Below are positions 13,388 to 24,880 of a stretch of 64,000 nt of DNA, one piece after another; the first letter of the stretch is position 1, and every line of letters starts with the position of its first letter. A model generated the notes under the pieces. That model was not told the DNA's origin, ran no database searches, and was given only the letters and a program-made list of their open reading frames with translations. The stretch lies in the NCBI GenBank assembly GCA_012295275.1, contig CM022679.1, forward strand, positions 19,096,001 to 19,160,000. The letters are read 5' to 3'. The translations under genes were made by a program, and so were the position numbers. Origin of the DNA: Chrysomallon squamiferum (taxonomy: Eukaryota > Animalia > Mollusca).

Positions 13388-15587
13388 ATTATTAAAATTA
13401 ACACAAATAACATAATTATGTTGTTGTTGTTTATTATTGAGGGAAAATAAAAGAGAGAAGACGCCTGTTGTTACCACTTTGTTAATCATTGTTATCGATT
13501 AGAACAGATTTTTGCATCTTCTAATAGAAAGTCTGTAAGATACAACTAGCGTTGATAAACCAATCCTGGGAAGTTGGCAGGAACGGGAAATACGGAAAAG
13601 ACGTGGTTGATTATACAATGCATCATGCCTCGAATTAGCTTTCTGAGCTGTTACCAATTACGATATGCATGTGAAATAACAAAAAAAAATAAGAATAATA
13701 TAACAAGCTCAGTGCTTGTTTTCCTCAGTTAATTTAGCGAGGAATAAAAAAAGGTTTTATCTTGCTTACGTTCATAGATACTAGCCAATAATTCTCGTTT
13801 ATTTATTTATTTTGTTTTAATCTCATCATGTAAGTAATATGTTCAAATCCATTTATCTGCTCAACCAGAATCATATATATCACATTACAAATTTCTTCCG
13901 CCTGTCTAGTAACATCGTAATAGTAATAATTAATGATTAATTGGGTTCAAAAATCAGTATGATTTCATGAGCATATGCCTGAATATTGAATAAAAATATA
14001 GTTGATTTATAATGATAATAAAAACATATCATGGAATATCAGTAATATAGAACCCCTGTCAATCCATTGCGAGTGTATTTAAACACTGGTGCTATTCTAT
14101 ACGTCGCGTGAAATCATGCGTCTAGAATTTCGAGAGCTTCTCCTGATGTTATAGGTTAGTGCAATCCATGGTTAACTTATACTGAGAGTTTTGATCACGG
14201 CATGCCTGGATTTCGCTGGTTAAATCAACGAACGTATTTCCAGCTGAATACGGACTGTCTCTTTCTGTGTCATTTCATCATGAAACATTGTTTTTGTTAG
14301 CTGGGTCTCAATACAAAATGAATTTAATATTAGTTAATCTGCTTTGAAAAGAAAAAGAAAAATACTTAGAAGTCTAAATCTACATTCAAATCAGTCAGCA
14401 GCATTGGAAGTAAGAAGTTCATGCTCACATGTTGAGCTGCCCACATTATATTTATATTATACGTTTCTATAAAAATTTAAACTTTACCGATTCTAAAGAC
14501 AAGAAGACTAGTTATCGTGATGCACTATCTATATTTATTATTGATACGACTGCGTAGTTCTTGAAAATAAAATATTCAGCGGTGAAAGCTCAAACAATAA
14601 AAAGAGAAAATATCTGATTCGCTTATTCTCATCTTTCTTTTGCTTTCCTTTCGTCTCGTTCTGTATTTGCATTTATCAACATATTCCTGCTCAGACGACA
14701 AAGCTGTATCTAAATAAATGCTATATACCATAGTTTGTAGTGGACAATAATCTGAGTTTTGATAACTAAAAATAAATCTGTTGACTGATCGAGGGACGCG
14801 GGTATCATGCAGAATAATAAAGTTTATAAAAGATTAAGTTTAAATAAATTTCTGAACTGAAGCGGTATTCGATCAGTTGAATATCCTAGTAAAACAAACG
14901 ACTGGGATTACAGAAAGGTACAAGAACGAAATATGTGAATTATTTTATTACTGTCATTTAAAAACTTGAAGCATATTTTAATTACAACCAAAAAAAGTTG
15001 AAGAAGAAAAAGAAATATATTAAAATGTTAATACGTACTTTGACAATTCTGTCTTAATCACAGACTGCATATACCAGTGCTCGTGTATCGCAAAGTTTGA
15101 ACGCCCACACGCCGACACTAATGTTCGAATAAACAGATTAAACTTAAAATTTATTATTAGAATTTAAATAAAAGTTTATTAATTATTCATTAAAGGTTAA
15201 TAATGATTAATGTGTTGACAGTGTTTCGTATACTGAAAGGCTGTATTCTACATCATTACTCTCACGTCTTCAGCAGCTACACTACCCTAATTTCTCTTGG
15301 CGAATACTGCAGTAGCCATTAATTTTATTGAAACTGTCAGTTAGTATTGATGGTTTCACGGCTGGAACTCGACGAAGCTTGATGCTCATCCATCGCCCCA
15401 AATAAGTCAAATGCTCAGTTTGCCACAGTGGCTTAACCACACATTGGTATATTAGTATTAATTTATCGATTATTAATAATTATGTATTCATATTTTTCGA
15501 TGGCAGTATATAAATATGCAAAACACACTTACCACACTGTTTAAAGATAGACATCCAAGCTAAGATGAATACAAGACTATAAGACAT
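796..15587 (-). CDS. Cadherin-related protein of the PCDH15/Cad99C/CDHR5 type, 5' part only (10 coding exons, 338 codons; 3' end lies beyond the window's left edge)
   Basis: Exons 15587-15533, 10422-10366, 5247-5087, 4635-4573, 3782-3699, 3423-3316, 2365-2240, 1815-1654, 1225-1141 and 908-796 join in frame (1014 nt). All acceptors are AG and all donors GT except one probable GC. The protein has a signal-like N-terminus and cadherin motifs SEDVPPGT, DVNDNDPYF, AVDPD, LDYD, AVDDG, DADDLGPAF and AHDRD. Confidence 0.9.
1141..1225 (-). CDS. Cadherin exon 9, GNLRIWPAQIRAHDRDSLNYTIKYSIIK
   Basis: IxAxDxD...IxYSI motif; ttttcttttgcag acceptor and AAG|GTAAAT donor; 85 nt. Confidence 0.93.
1654..1815 (-). 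CDS. Cadherin exon 8, DDGYPNPRSG...DADDLGPAFIYDNCPLVDGYCATPSYE...
   Basis: DxGxP and DxDDLGPxF linker followed by a Cys pair; aacag acceptor and GAG|GTAATA donor; 162 nt. Confidence 0.95.
2240..2365 (-). CDS. Cadherin exon 7, VDGLEMFTL...LKKSLDYD...YMLNISAV
   Basis: LDYD and YxLxIxA motifs; ctattag acceptor and GTG|GTGAGA donor; 126 nt. Confidence 0.93.
3316..3423 (-). CDS. Cadherin exon 6, ITTIGTSVFGLKDLAVDPDINGRVTGYRLHSYVDHS
   Basis: AxDxD...NG motif; tttttcatgcag acceptor and GTACGT donor; 108 nt. Confidence 0.93.
3699..3782 (-). CDS. Cadherin exon 5, FKQELVILDVNDNDPYFVSGPFVTEVNE
   Basis: Canonical DxNDNxPxF Ca2+-binding linker; ttaacag acceptor and GAG|GTGAGT donor; 84 nt. Confidence 0.95.
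4369..4457. repeat. (GA)n microsatellite
   Basis: Direct reading; two GC interruptions. Confidence 0.97.
4573..4635 (-). CDS. Cadherin exon 4, IRHRESLPFTLECLYQGWKHV
   Basis: tgtag acceptor, GTAAGT donor, 63 nt, phase 0-0; carries the second EC1 cysteine (FTLEC). Confidence 0.82.
5087..5247 (-). CDS. Cadherin exon 3, EC1 core (GTTIMHIPRE...KSPDLEEINNETTE)
   Basis: ttccag acceptor and open frame with PDLEE (LDxE-like). The 3' boundary is inferred at GAG|GCAAAG because phase 0 is required. Confidence 0.8.
6733..7433. mobile_element. Non-autonomous Tc1/mariner-superfamily (Tigger/pogo-like) DNA transposon or MITE, ~700 bp, in cadherin intron 2
   Basis: Flanked by TA...TA. Left TIR CAGTATTCCCTCGCTATTCGCGG versus right TIR (reverse complement) CAGTATACCCTCACCTATACGCGG. 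Repeated subterminal CCGCGAAT motifs, AT-rich interior and no transposase ORF. Confidence 0.85.
8571..8643. repeat. Compound (TAT)n(GTT)n microsatellite
   Basis: Direct reading; explains the poly-Y/V/L/C ORFs in the track. Confidence 0.95.
8961..9208. repeat. 27-bp minisatellite (~9 copies) with alternating A/B variants, giving a 54-bp higher-order unit
   Basis: AAGTAAATCACAACTACAGTTGTACGT alternates with AAGGAAAGAACAACTACAGTT(G/A)TACGT. Confidence 0.95.
10366..10422 (-). CDS. Cadherin exon 2, (D)CACVVNSTILSFSEDVPP(G)
   Basis: ttttcattcacag acceptor, CAG|GTAAGG donor, 57 nt, phase 1-1; completes the EDxPxGT motif with the next exon. Confidence 0.88.
15533..15587 (-). CDS. Cadherin exon 1, signal peptide MSYSLVFILAWMSIFKQC
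   Basis: ATG, hydrophobic core and perfect G|GTAAGT donor in phase 1, matching the phase-1 start of the next exon. Confidence 0.75.
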
Positions 15588-17998
15588 AGCTGATGTTGGG
15601 TGTAACACAAAGAAGAAAAATGACGTGTTCTTAAAGTCCTAAAATGTCGTAATAAATATATGAAAGGTTGCTTCCTGCACACGAGTTGCTTCCTAGTGCA
15701 AAACTGGCACTCACTCCATATCCTGCAGGATTTCTCGCTTCCTATCAAATAACACGTGCACCCAGTATGTGTCCCTTGATTCACGTAAATACTTTAATCT
15801 AGAAGAAAGTTACTCTAGCTGTTTCTAAAGTCTTCAACACTTTGACATAAAAATGTCAAGAATTGTTTTCAGTCCATGAGACATCCGATAATTTCAGTGC
15901 GTAAAAATGCACCTTATTGGGTGTAATCTCCGTTTAGTCGATTTTAAATGAAGCAATGCAGAAGACGAAACAAATCCTCTATGAAGTCCAGATTTTCAAA
16001 TCGTTCTTTGCTGTCTGACATGAAACAAAGATTGAAGTGAATTACATTTTTCTCAAGGTTTTGTATGATGGACACTCCTTGCGAATATCTTCCACAGTGG
16101 CTCGTAAATTTGTAACATGCAAATATTTTACCTGTTCACATGTGCTTGGAGAGTTTGCGGCCCTCTTGTGTTTATATATACCCAACAGTGGTATGAATAC
16201 CAGGCTTTGTGTCTTTGTTTGCAAATATGAGCCCAGCCTTTGTAGTTTTATCGTTTTCCTAATACGATTATATCACCCCATTATAGGATGAGCATACATT
16301 TTGCCCGAAAAATAAATAATTTATTTAATTAATTAGTCGATTAAATAAATGTTTCAATTTCAAGAGTATCTACTGCCCTTCCTCTTCCTCTACTTAGGAA
16401 ATTATTTATTTGGAGTCTGTAACATCTCGTATTTTATATATACGCCCAATATCTTCATTGGTTCTTTCTTTTTAACTGTTATTATTTTTTAATAATGTAA
16501 TATTTTTTACATCTTTTAGCTCTCTTATTTTATTTATTTATCGGGAATCCTAAGAATATTAATGAAACATCAGGTGTGTAAGAGTTATTCAGATGAGTTT
16601 AATATATTTAAGAAAATAAATACAAAGTTATTTCAGTTAGAATGCTATCATTTAGCAGAAAACACGCAGAACAACTTTTATTACTTATAATCCACAATAA
16701 TGTATATACACATACATAAAATCAGCGTGGAGTTATGTGTATAAAAAAGAGATGGTAGATGATTGGAAAAATATATATATACTTCAAAGGATAACAATTA
16801 ATCGATTTATTCCTTAAGTATAAAGTTAATTGGTGTTAGAATTTGAAAAGATAAGAAATTATTTAAATTTAAAAAAATATACATTCCTGTCTGGTTTCAG
16901 AAAGTAGACAAAATAAATATCGTCTAAAACACCCGACTGGTTGTCGACGCTAACTCAAGATTAAAGTTCATTATCTGAAACTAGACAGAAATACAACAAT
17001 AAACACATTTGTTTTTTACATCTTACTCCAGAATTAGGCAAAGTTTTAATGTTAATAATAAACATTACTACTGATGAGTACAAACTTCATAATCACTTTG
17101 TTTACAATTTACAATTTCACGTAGTTTATATGTAATTGCAGATTAAACAAACGTAAAAAAGAAATATATAATGTAAAATAACAGAATGGGATAAAAAAAA
17201 ATTTACATATTGATTTATTGATTTATTTTATTTTATTTTATTTTATTTTATTTATTTTTTTTTTTTTATTTTTATTTTTTTGTATTTTTGGTTTACATTA
17301 TTAATAATTTTATGGAGTGATGTGGTGAAGGTAGTAGTTGTCGCGGTTATAGTAATGGTAGTTTAAAACGCAGAATTCGTCGTATATATATATATATTTT
17401 TGTATTTACGTTCTCAATTATCGATTCAATACTTCTGATTAACTGTCGAGATATTCAATTAATCGGAATATTTCTGTAGCTTGTATTGTTCAAAATAATC
17501 AGCCAGCCATTGATTCTTTTTATTAATTTCAGCTAATTTTTCGATTAACATCTGATTGAGGTCAACGTATAGTGTTCTGGTCACTGTGTTTATAAGTCTG
17601 GATGCTTCCTCTGGAGAAAGAGAGATTGGCGGGTTAATGAATTAGTGAGACAAACTTCATAATCACCTATCTTCTAGGAGTACTATGCTGCAGGCAGACA
17701 CTGTAAGAATCCCAGAGGACTGAAAACCGCTCAGTTCAGTCATTACTTAATCATAGTTCGTTCTGAATTTCATTTCACATTTATTCGTATTTTAAGGCCA
17801 TGTCAGCCTTATTACATAATATACATCATTCACTTTGATTTTTTATAAAATATATGTATTTATTAACCTATCTTAAATTTCTCATACCAGCTTTTAAGAA
17901 CTGAGACATTATATCTGTTCTCCCTGGCAGCTGAGTGTGGGCTGGAAATAATAAACTGTGAGTTTTAAACATGGAATAATGCTCTATATAAATGTCCT

Positions 17999-18044
<46 letters not shown>

Positions 18045-18686
18045 CATACGAAATATTAATAAATCTCTTACATTTCTTATCTTTCAAAATATTTAATCCA
18101 TCATCATCAGAAATAAAAAAAATTTTTATTAATTCGCTTAATAAATAATATCAATAATAAAAACTATTTAAAAAACAAAACAAATCCGGAATTATCTGCA
18201 TCAGAATATCATTATTCGGAAAAGAAACTGATTAATAAATGCGCTAGTTTTTCTACCAGGAAAAAAATAATCAACAACGTAAGAAGTCGAGGAAAAGGCA
18301 GCAATCAGAAGATAACGAATATGTTAAAAATGATCTTAAATATGATTATGAAATCTCGTTACAAAATTTAATAAGAATTTCATGGTCTTCCCTTTGCCGT
18401 AGGTTTAAGACATTTATCTTTATCACCAATTAGAAGAAAAATAAATAGTGAAGTAATTAGTGAATGATAATTGAAACGATGATGATGGGATTGACGATGA
18501 TAATGGCGACGATGAGAAGTAAATGATAATGAATGATTACAGGTTAACAGAATAGGAAGATGAAAGTAAATATGTGTGTGTACATCCACACACAGGCAGG
18601 GGAAGTAAAGAAAAAACAAGATATTGTACAGTAAACAGATTATTAAATAAACTGCATTAGCTAAAGGTATTTTTTTTAAAATTCAC

Positions 18687-18687
<1 letters not shown>

Positions 18688-18741
<54 letters not shown>
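18688..18741. repeat. (GA)n microsatellite
   Basis: Direct reading. Confidence 0.97.
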
Positions 18742-18743
<2 letters not shown>

Positions 18744-21713
18744 CAAAGCAGTATAAAAGAAATAGTTTAGTGTTGAACTTTTCTTTTTTACATCTTTCAC
18801 TGAGTTTACATACTGGTTTGCAAGTTTTCGCAAAAGGCACATGCCTCAGATAAACACACACACGTGTGTGCCAAGGGATTAAAGTTGTGTATTCGCTGCG
18901 ATGGCAAACTGCAGATACAGTGAAACCCTGACACAGACCAGCTGCTTTCAGAGCTAAAATTAAATATCTGCGACATTTAGTGTAAACAAGAAGTCGACTT
19001 TTGTCAATTGGCTTTCCACACACCGTCCACGCGATTGTGACAATGACCGCGAGAAACACGTGCGCTGGACTCACAGTGTTTGTATTGGAAACAAAAAGTA
19101 AATCACTGTTTGTCTGCAATTGAAGAGTGTGAAAGAATACTTCAGTACATTTTTCTATAAACGTTACTACCTATTAAATAGATATTAAAGAAAGAAAGAG
19201 AAACGAAAGAAAAATTACAATTCTACAGCCATTGACTATTCTTATTGATTAGCAGGAAGGAAATGTCTATGTGTTTCGTTGAGAGGATAGCACACACGCA
19301 GGCATTGAAAAGACAATACTGGAATTTTGACTGAAATGAAAAACGCCGATTGTTATCTTCATTCTGGCACCTTGATTTGTTAACGCACTGAAAATAATCC
19401 CTTTACGAGAACATAATCATTTTCAAAACAGAAAAAAAGAAAGAAAGTGAAAAGTGTGATAATAATATATATTATAAAACTAAACAACAGAAAAAGAAGA
19501 AATATTTAGTATGCAGTAATATACAGATAAAAATACTGACACAAAAAAAAAAAAAAATCAGTAAATAAATAACAAAAATAAAATCATGGTTGAAAAAGAA
19601 CATTTGTATCGTTTATACAAATTAATTACATATTTTAATTAAAATTTAAATTAATTTTAGATATAACAAGTAATAAAAACAAACCAAAAATTAGAAAAAC
19701 AAGAAAAGTTAAATTTTACCAGATTTTGCAGCTGAATTTCTGAGTAAAACGTGAAACACAATCTTTCTCCCATTGCGCCATCACTCAAATATATCTTAAT
19801 ATAACTAACGTCTAAAAGAAAATAATATTTTTATATTAAATGTAACTGAACGAAATAACAGACTAGTATAATACAACAATTTCCAGCTTTAAAAATTAAA
19901 TTAAATAAAAAAGGTTTTAGACAGGACTATTGAACTTCGGAATAAGTAATGTGAGAAACCCCGAAAGTATATTAATTATCATACAAAATGGATACTGCCA
20001 AAATGTGAACCAGTCATGAACGTTTGTAAAAAATCCTCCATACACATTCTCACACAGAGAAAAAGAGAGAGGCAGACAGAAAACAGACTGGGTGGCACGA
20101 AGATAGACAAATAGAACCAAACAATAAAAAAGCAAACATAATGAGTATAGTAATAGCAGTAGTAGTAGCAATAGTAGTAACAGCAGTTACACTAATAAGT
20201 ATAGTTGTAGTAGTAGCAGCAGCAAGTTATAGTATAGTAGTGACAGATAGAGGTAGTTGTAGAAATAGCAATAGTGCAGAAGTAAACAATTTAGTGTCCT
20301 AACATTTCTTTAAAAAAGTCGAAGAATGTTTTGCTTTCCAGGTGATCATGAAGTATTAATCAGGGGCGGTTACAATAAATACATTGTCAGCACTCAGTGT
20401 AAATAACAAGATTAAAAAACCCAGAAGTAGATGCACATTTAAGTGAATTCCTTCTGCACGGGATGTTTTTCACAGAAAATTATTTCCCGACAAAACGCTT
20501 TACTGCATGTAACTATAGAACACTGAAACACTGGAACTTGGAAATCAGAAACGAATAGCTAATGTTTATATTCATATTATTTGGTGATTTTTGCAGAAAA
20601 CAGTTTAGCAATGCATTTGTGTTTATCATAATATGCCTGAAACCAGGAACCAATTGTGGTGCCATTAACATGTTTTTAATTCATAAAGACAAATGTGGAT
20701 AAGTGTTTAAGTCAGAAATAGCATCATGCAGGTTTTTTTAGCTTTGAGCATTAGTGTTCATATATATTTGTTTTACGACAGTTTATAACATTTACACATA
20801 AAAGATCCCTTTATTCTAATTGAGAAAACAAACAAACAAATAAACAACAACAAAATAACTCTGCTGTATGTAATTTTCTTTATATGACTGGTTTATTTTT
20901 TTACTTTGATACAAATGTGTAATTGAAACTAAAACACAATTTTGTAATCTCTAAACTCTAATATTAAAATAAAATTTTACTGCAACTTTCGATCAATAAT
21001 TATATCTGCATGGGCGATACCAGAAATTATTAACATATAACTGTAATTTTGTGCGAACTAATGTTTATGAGTTGTAAAGTCAAAAGTACGAATAGAATGG
21101 TTATTTCGAAGCAAGATAAACAACAGGGGATAAACCTACTACAAATTATTATCAGTTTGTTTTACATATAATGAAGAAATAAAATAGAATTTCGTAAATT
21201 TACTGAACACTTCACATTTAAACCGCATGAGACAGGAAACTTGTGGCACGTGTGAAAAAATAGACCTTAATTTCCAGTTGTGACTGAGCAAGTAATTCAG
21301 CGCTGGTTACGATTTGTTAAAAAGTATCTAAAAAAAATAAAAAATCAGTAACTAACTAATATTATTTTCAAATGAGATTAACTATTTTAATGAAAACTAA
21401 TTTGATTAATATAATGGTATATGTGAAATTAAAATACTAACACATACGGCAAACACGAAGCTAAATGAGTAGACGTATTCACCTTTTTATAAACAAAGTG
21501 TTTGTATGCAGGTAAACTGGCTCCATAAAGTCAGCCCATTATGATGGTGGTGTCACTAAATACATTGTCAGAACTGATTTTCTGTTCAACAGTCATGAAA
21601 ATACGTAAAACTTACAAAGGTTACTGGCCATTGAAGGTCAAATACAATTTACTTCTGTACAAAATATTTTACTTTAATTATTATTATTTAAAACTTTTTT
21701 GTTATTGTTGTTG

Positions 21714-21769
<56 letters not shown>

Positions 21770-21814
21770 TAATAGCTGTAGTAATAGTAAATTAATAAAG
21801 GTAACTGAATGATA

Positions 21815-22342
21815 AAACTACTGCTGCAGTGAGTTGGCTATGTGATGGAAACAAGAATGTACATTTGAGAATATGGTATTTATGTCATCTATAATGAATA
21901 TTAATAGGTTATACTGAGAAATTACAAATACTTTTTTTATTAATCTAATCTTTTGACACAGTAAATAAAAGAAACTCCTGACATATTTCAAATGAACTGG
22001 TCTTTATATAATTATGTTTAAAAATTATAATTTTGGTAGACTTGGTAGAGTAATGATAAATAATAATAATAATAATAATTTATTAGTGGTAATAAGAACA
22101 GTAATAGTAGTAGTGGTTGTGGTGGTAATGGTTTAGGCGGCGATGGAAGTAGTACTAGTAGTTGTAGTAATGGTAGAAGCAGTAGTACTACCAACAGCAC
22201 GTATTATTATGCACGTGTTATACATTTCAAGTGACATTAAACCAAGCTTTCTGGTTATAACTTAAGTGTTTCTATCAGCCCAACAACGTCGACAGAATGT
22301 TCAGATATTTCAAATTTGAACTGTTAATGACCAGTAGAAAAT
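21815..22342 (+). repeat. Diverged direct duplication, copy 1
   Basis: Collinear blocks shared with 24120-24880: TTTGAGAATATGGTATTT, TCTAATCTTTTGA, TTTCTGGTTATAACTT and CTAAGCATGGG. Confidence 0.8.
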
Positions 22343-24119
22343 AAACTAAGCATGGGTCATTCTTTTGGTTTGAACGCAGCTCAAGTTATTTAAAACCGAA
22401 CGCGTTACCTCAAAAATCAAATTATTCTACGATGACCAAAACCTTTTAAAACATGAATCTAGTTTATATTGGATAAGGAAAATACTGAACAGGCAGAACA
22501 GATACATTCTGTGGTGGGGATAATTTTTAAGCGCTGATTACGAGATGTCAAGAATTAAAACGGTTCAAATAAATAATACTTTTAACTAATATGAACTATT
22601 TTAATAAAAATTAATTTTTCACAGTATAATGGTATATCTCAAATTAAAACAATAACGAAAATGCCAAAAACATAACTAAGTGGATAGGGGTCTAGATAAT
22701 TTTATAAATAATGATATTCGAATGCAGAAAACAGACCTCGTTAAATCAGTGGTAGGTGATCGTGAATTCTTTAACTCTAAATTAGGAGCAGAACATTTTG
22801 AAAAAATATTTAATGTATATGTATTATGTACACCATATCTTACAAGACTCAGGTTTCACTGCTAAATGTTAGCTTATACTAATAATAATCTTCGACTTTA
22901 CAGACAGTAAGTCCCTTTCCAATCTTGAAAGGTTAATAACAAAATTTACAACTGTGTGTTCTAGTTACATTAATTGTCTGTTACGAGTAACTGTTTTGTC
23001 GTAGAGCTATTACTGTCTCCCGTCGTTCATGGTATAAGTAGAAGTAATAATACTTTGAGAGTATAAAGTTGTCTTACTATAGATAAAAACAGTTTAATTT
23101 TGCTTTTAGCAAATTTTCATTCATAACCCGTTACATTGACAAAGATTTAATTTGTCGGGAGACTTCGCTGTGAGTAATAAAGAAAATGTTGCAGAAGGAC
23201 GAGGCGAACTGCCTCCAGAAGTACACGTTGAGCAGTCTTGTTATATTATTAGTACACAGAATAAAAATAATGAAAAAATTAGTTTAAAAATAATAACAAA
23301 AGGATGTTATTGTTTGTTTGCATTAAGAAAACAACGAAAAGGTTTTCATTGTTATCGATATAACTTTGACCCTGAGCCGCGTATCGCTAAACAGCTGAAT
23401 ATCTGCTAGATTATTGCAGCCTGTTCGATCATTTTCTGAATATAATTTCATATCTTGCTAACTGTGCATCGAAAAAAGCATTTGACCTACGACTGCCTAA
23501 ATTAAGCTAATGATGGTTAACCTAAAACGAAGTATGGATTAGAATTTAAGACCAATATAATTGTAGCAGTAGAAAATAATCAGCTCTCGAAATCAGTGAA
23601 ATAAAAGCCTTCGGTGATATGGTTGTGTGTGCTTGTAGCCAAATATGCTGAACACTGCATTTAAACAAAACCTCGGACAATCAGACGTGTCGAACTAGTG
23701 CTTGGGACAAATTAACATCTTCAGGATAGGAAGAGTCAACGAACCTAATTATATTTAATTGACACTTAACTAAACCAGGAAATAACATATCACAGATAGT
23801 TCTGCTTATAATGAACGATCTGCAGTATGGTGGACTGTTAAGTAGAGGAATAGTTGTTTGTATCTTACGTTCAGCGTTTATTTCAAACACCAGACGCGCT
23901 GTCTGACAAGATCACATATTATGACGGTGGCGGTCATTACACACATTGTGAGAATTAATTTCCTGTTCTGCAGTCAGGAAACTCGTAAAATTTACTACCA
24001 TTACTGGCCTTAAAAGTCAGATAAAATTTTCTTGAATAAACAATATTTCTTTATTTATTTTTTTATCTTTTTTATCTTTATTTTTTATTTTTATTTTTGT
24101 TAAATTTAATAAATGTAAT

Positions 24120-24880
24120 AAAACTACCAACACTGCAATGAGTTGTCTGGAAGTGTTCAGCTACTTGAGAGAGTGGTAAAAACTAGAATGTTTCTTTGAG
24201 AATATGGTATTTTTCTTTATCTATAATGTATATAAGTAAGTTATACTATGAATTCCAAACATTTGTTTCTAATCTTTTGAAAGGGTTAAGGAATGAAATG
24301 CATAAATAAAACAAATTCCTGAAAATTTTTAAGTAATACATATCTTGAAATAATTATTTTGAAAATTATATTTTTATATATACTTCTTGGCGTACAGGCA
24401 ATTAATGATGATGATGAGATAACGACGATGATACTACTATTACTACTACTGGTAGCCTACTACTACTACTATTACTATTACTGGTAGCCTAATACTACTA
24501 CTATTACTATTACTGGTAGCCTAATACTACTACTATTACTATTACTGGTAGCCTAATACTACTACTATTACTATTACTGGTAGCCTAATACTACTACTAT
24601 TACTATTACTGGTAGCCTAATACTACTACTACTATTACTACTACTGGTAGCCTACTACTACTATTACTACTACTACTACTACTACTACTAATAATAATAA
24701 TAATAATAGTGTAGTAACAGTAGTAGTAGTAGTGATGGTAGCAGTACATACAAATTTGAAGTGGTATTAATGTTTTCTGGTTATAACTTCCATGTTTTAT
24801 ATTAGCCCTACAACATTTTCAGTATATTCAAATAATTTAACCATGTGTAGATTAGAAGACAATAATCTAAGCATGGGCCA
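24120..24880 (+). repeat. Diverged direct duplication, copy 2 (contains the 32-bp minisatellite)
   Basis: Same collinear blocks as 21815-22342. Confidence 0.8.
24432..24690. repeat. ~32-bp minisatellite (TACTACTACTATTACTATTACTGGTAGCCTAA, ~7 copies) grown from a (TAC)n tract
   Basis: Seven copies of the CTGGTAGCCTA core separated by TAC/TAT triplets. Confidence 0.92.
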
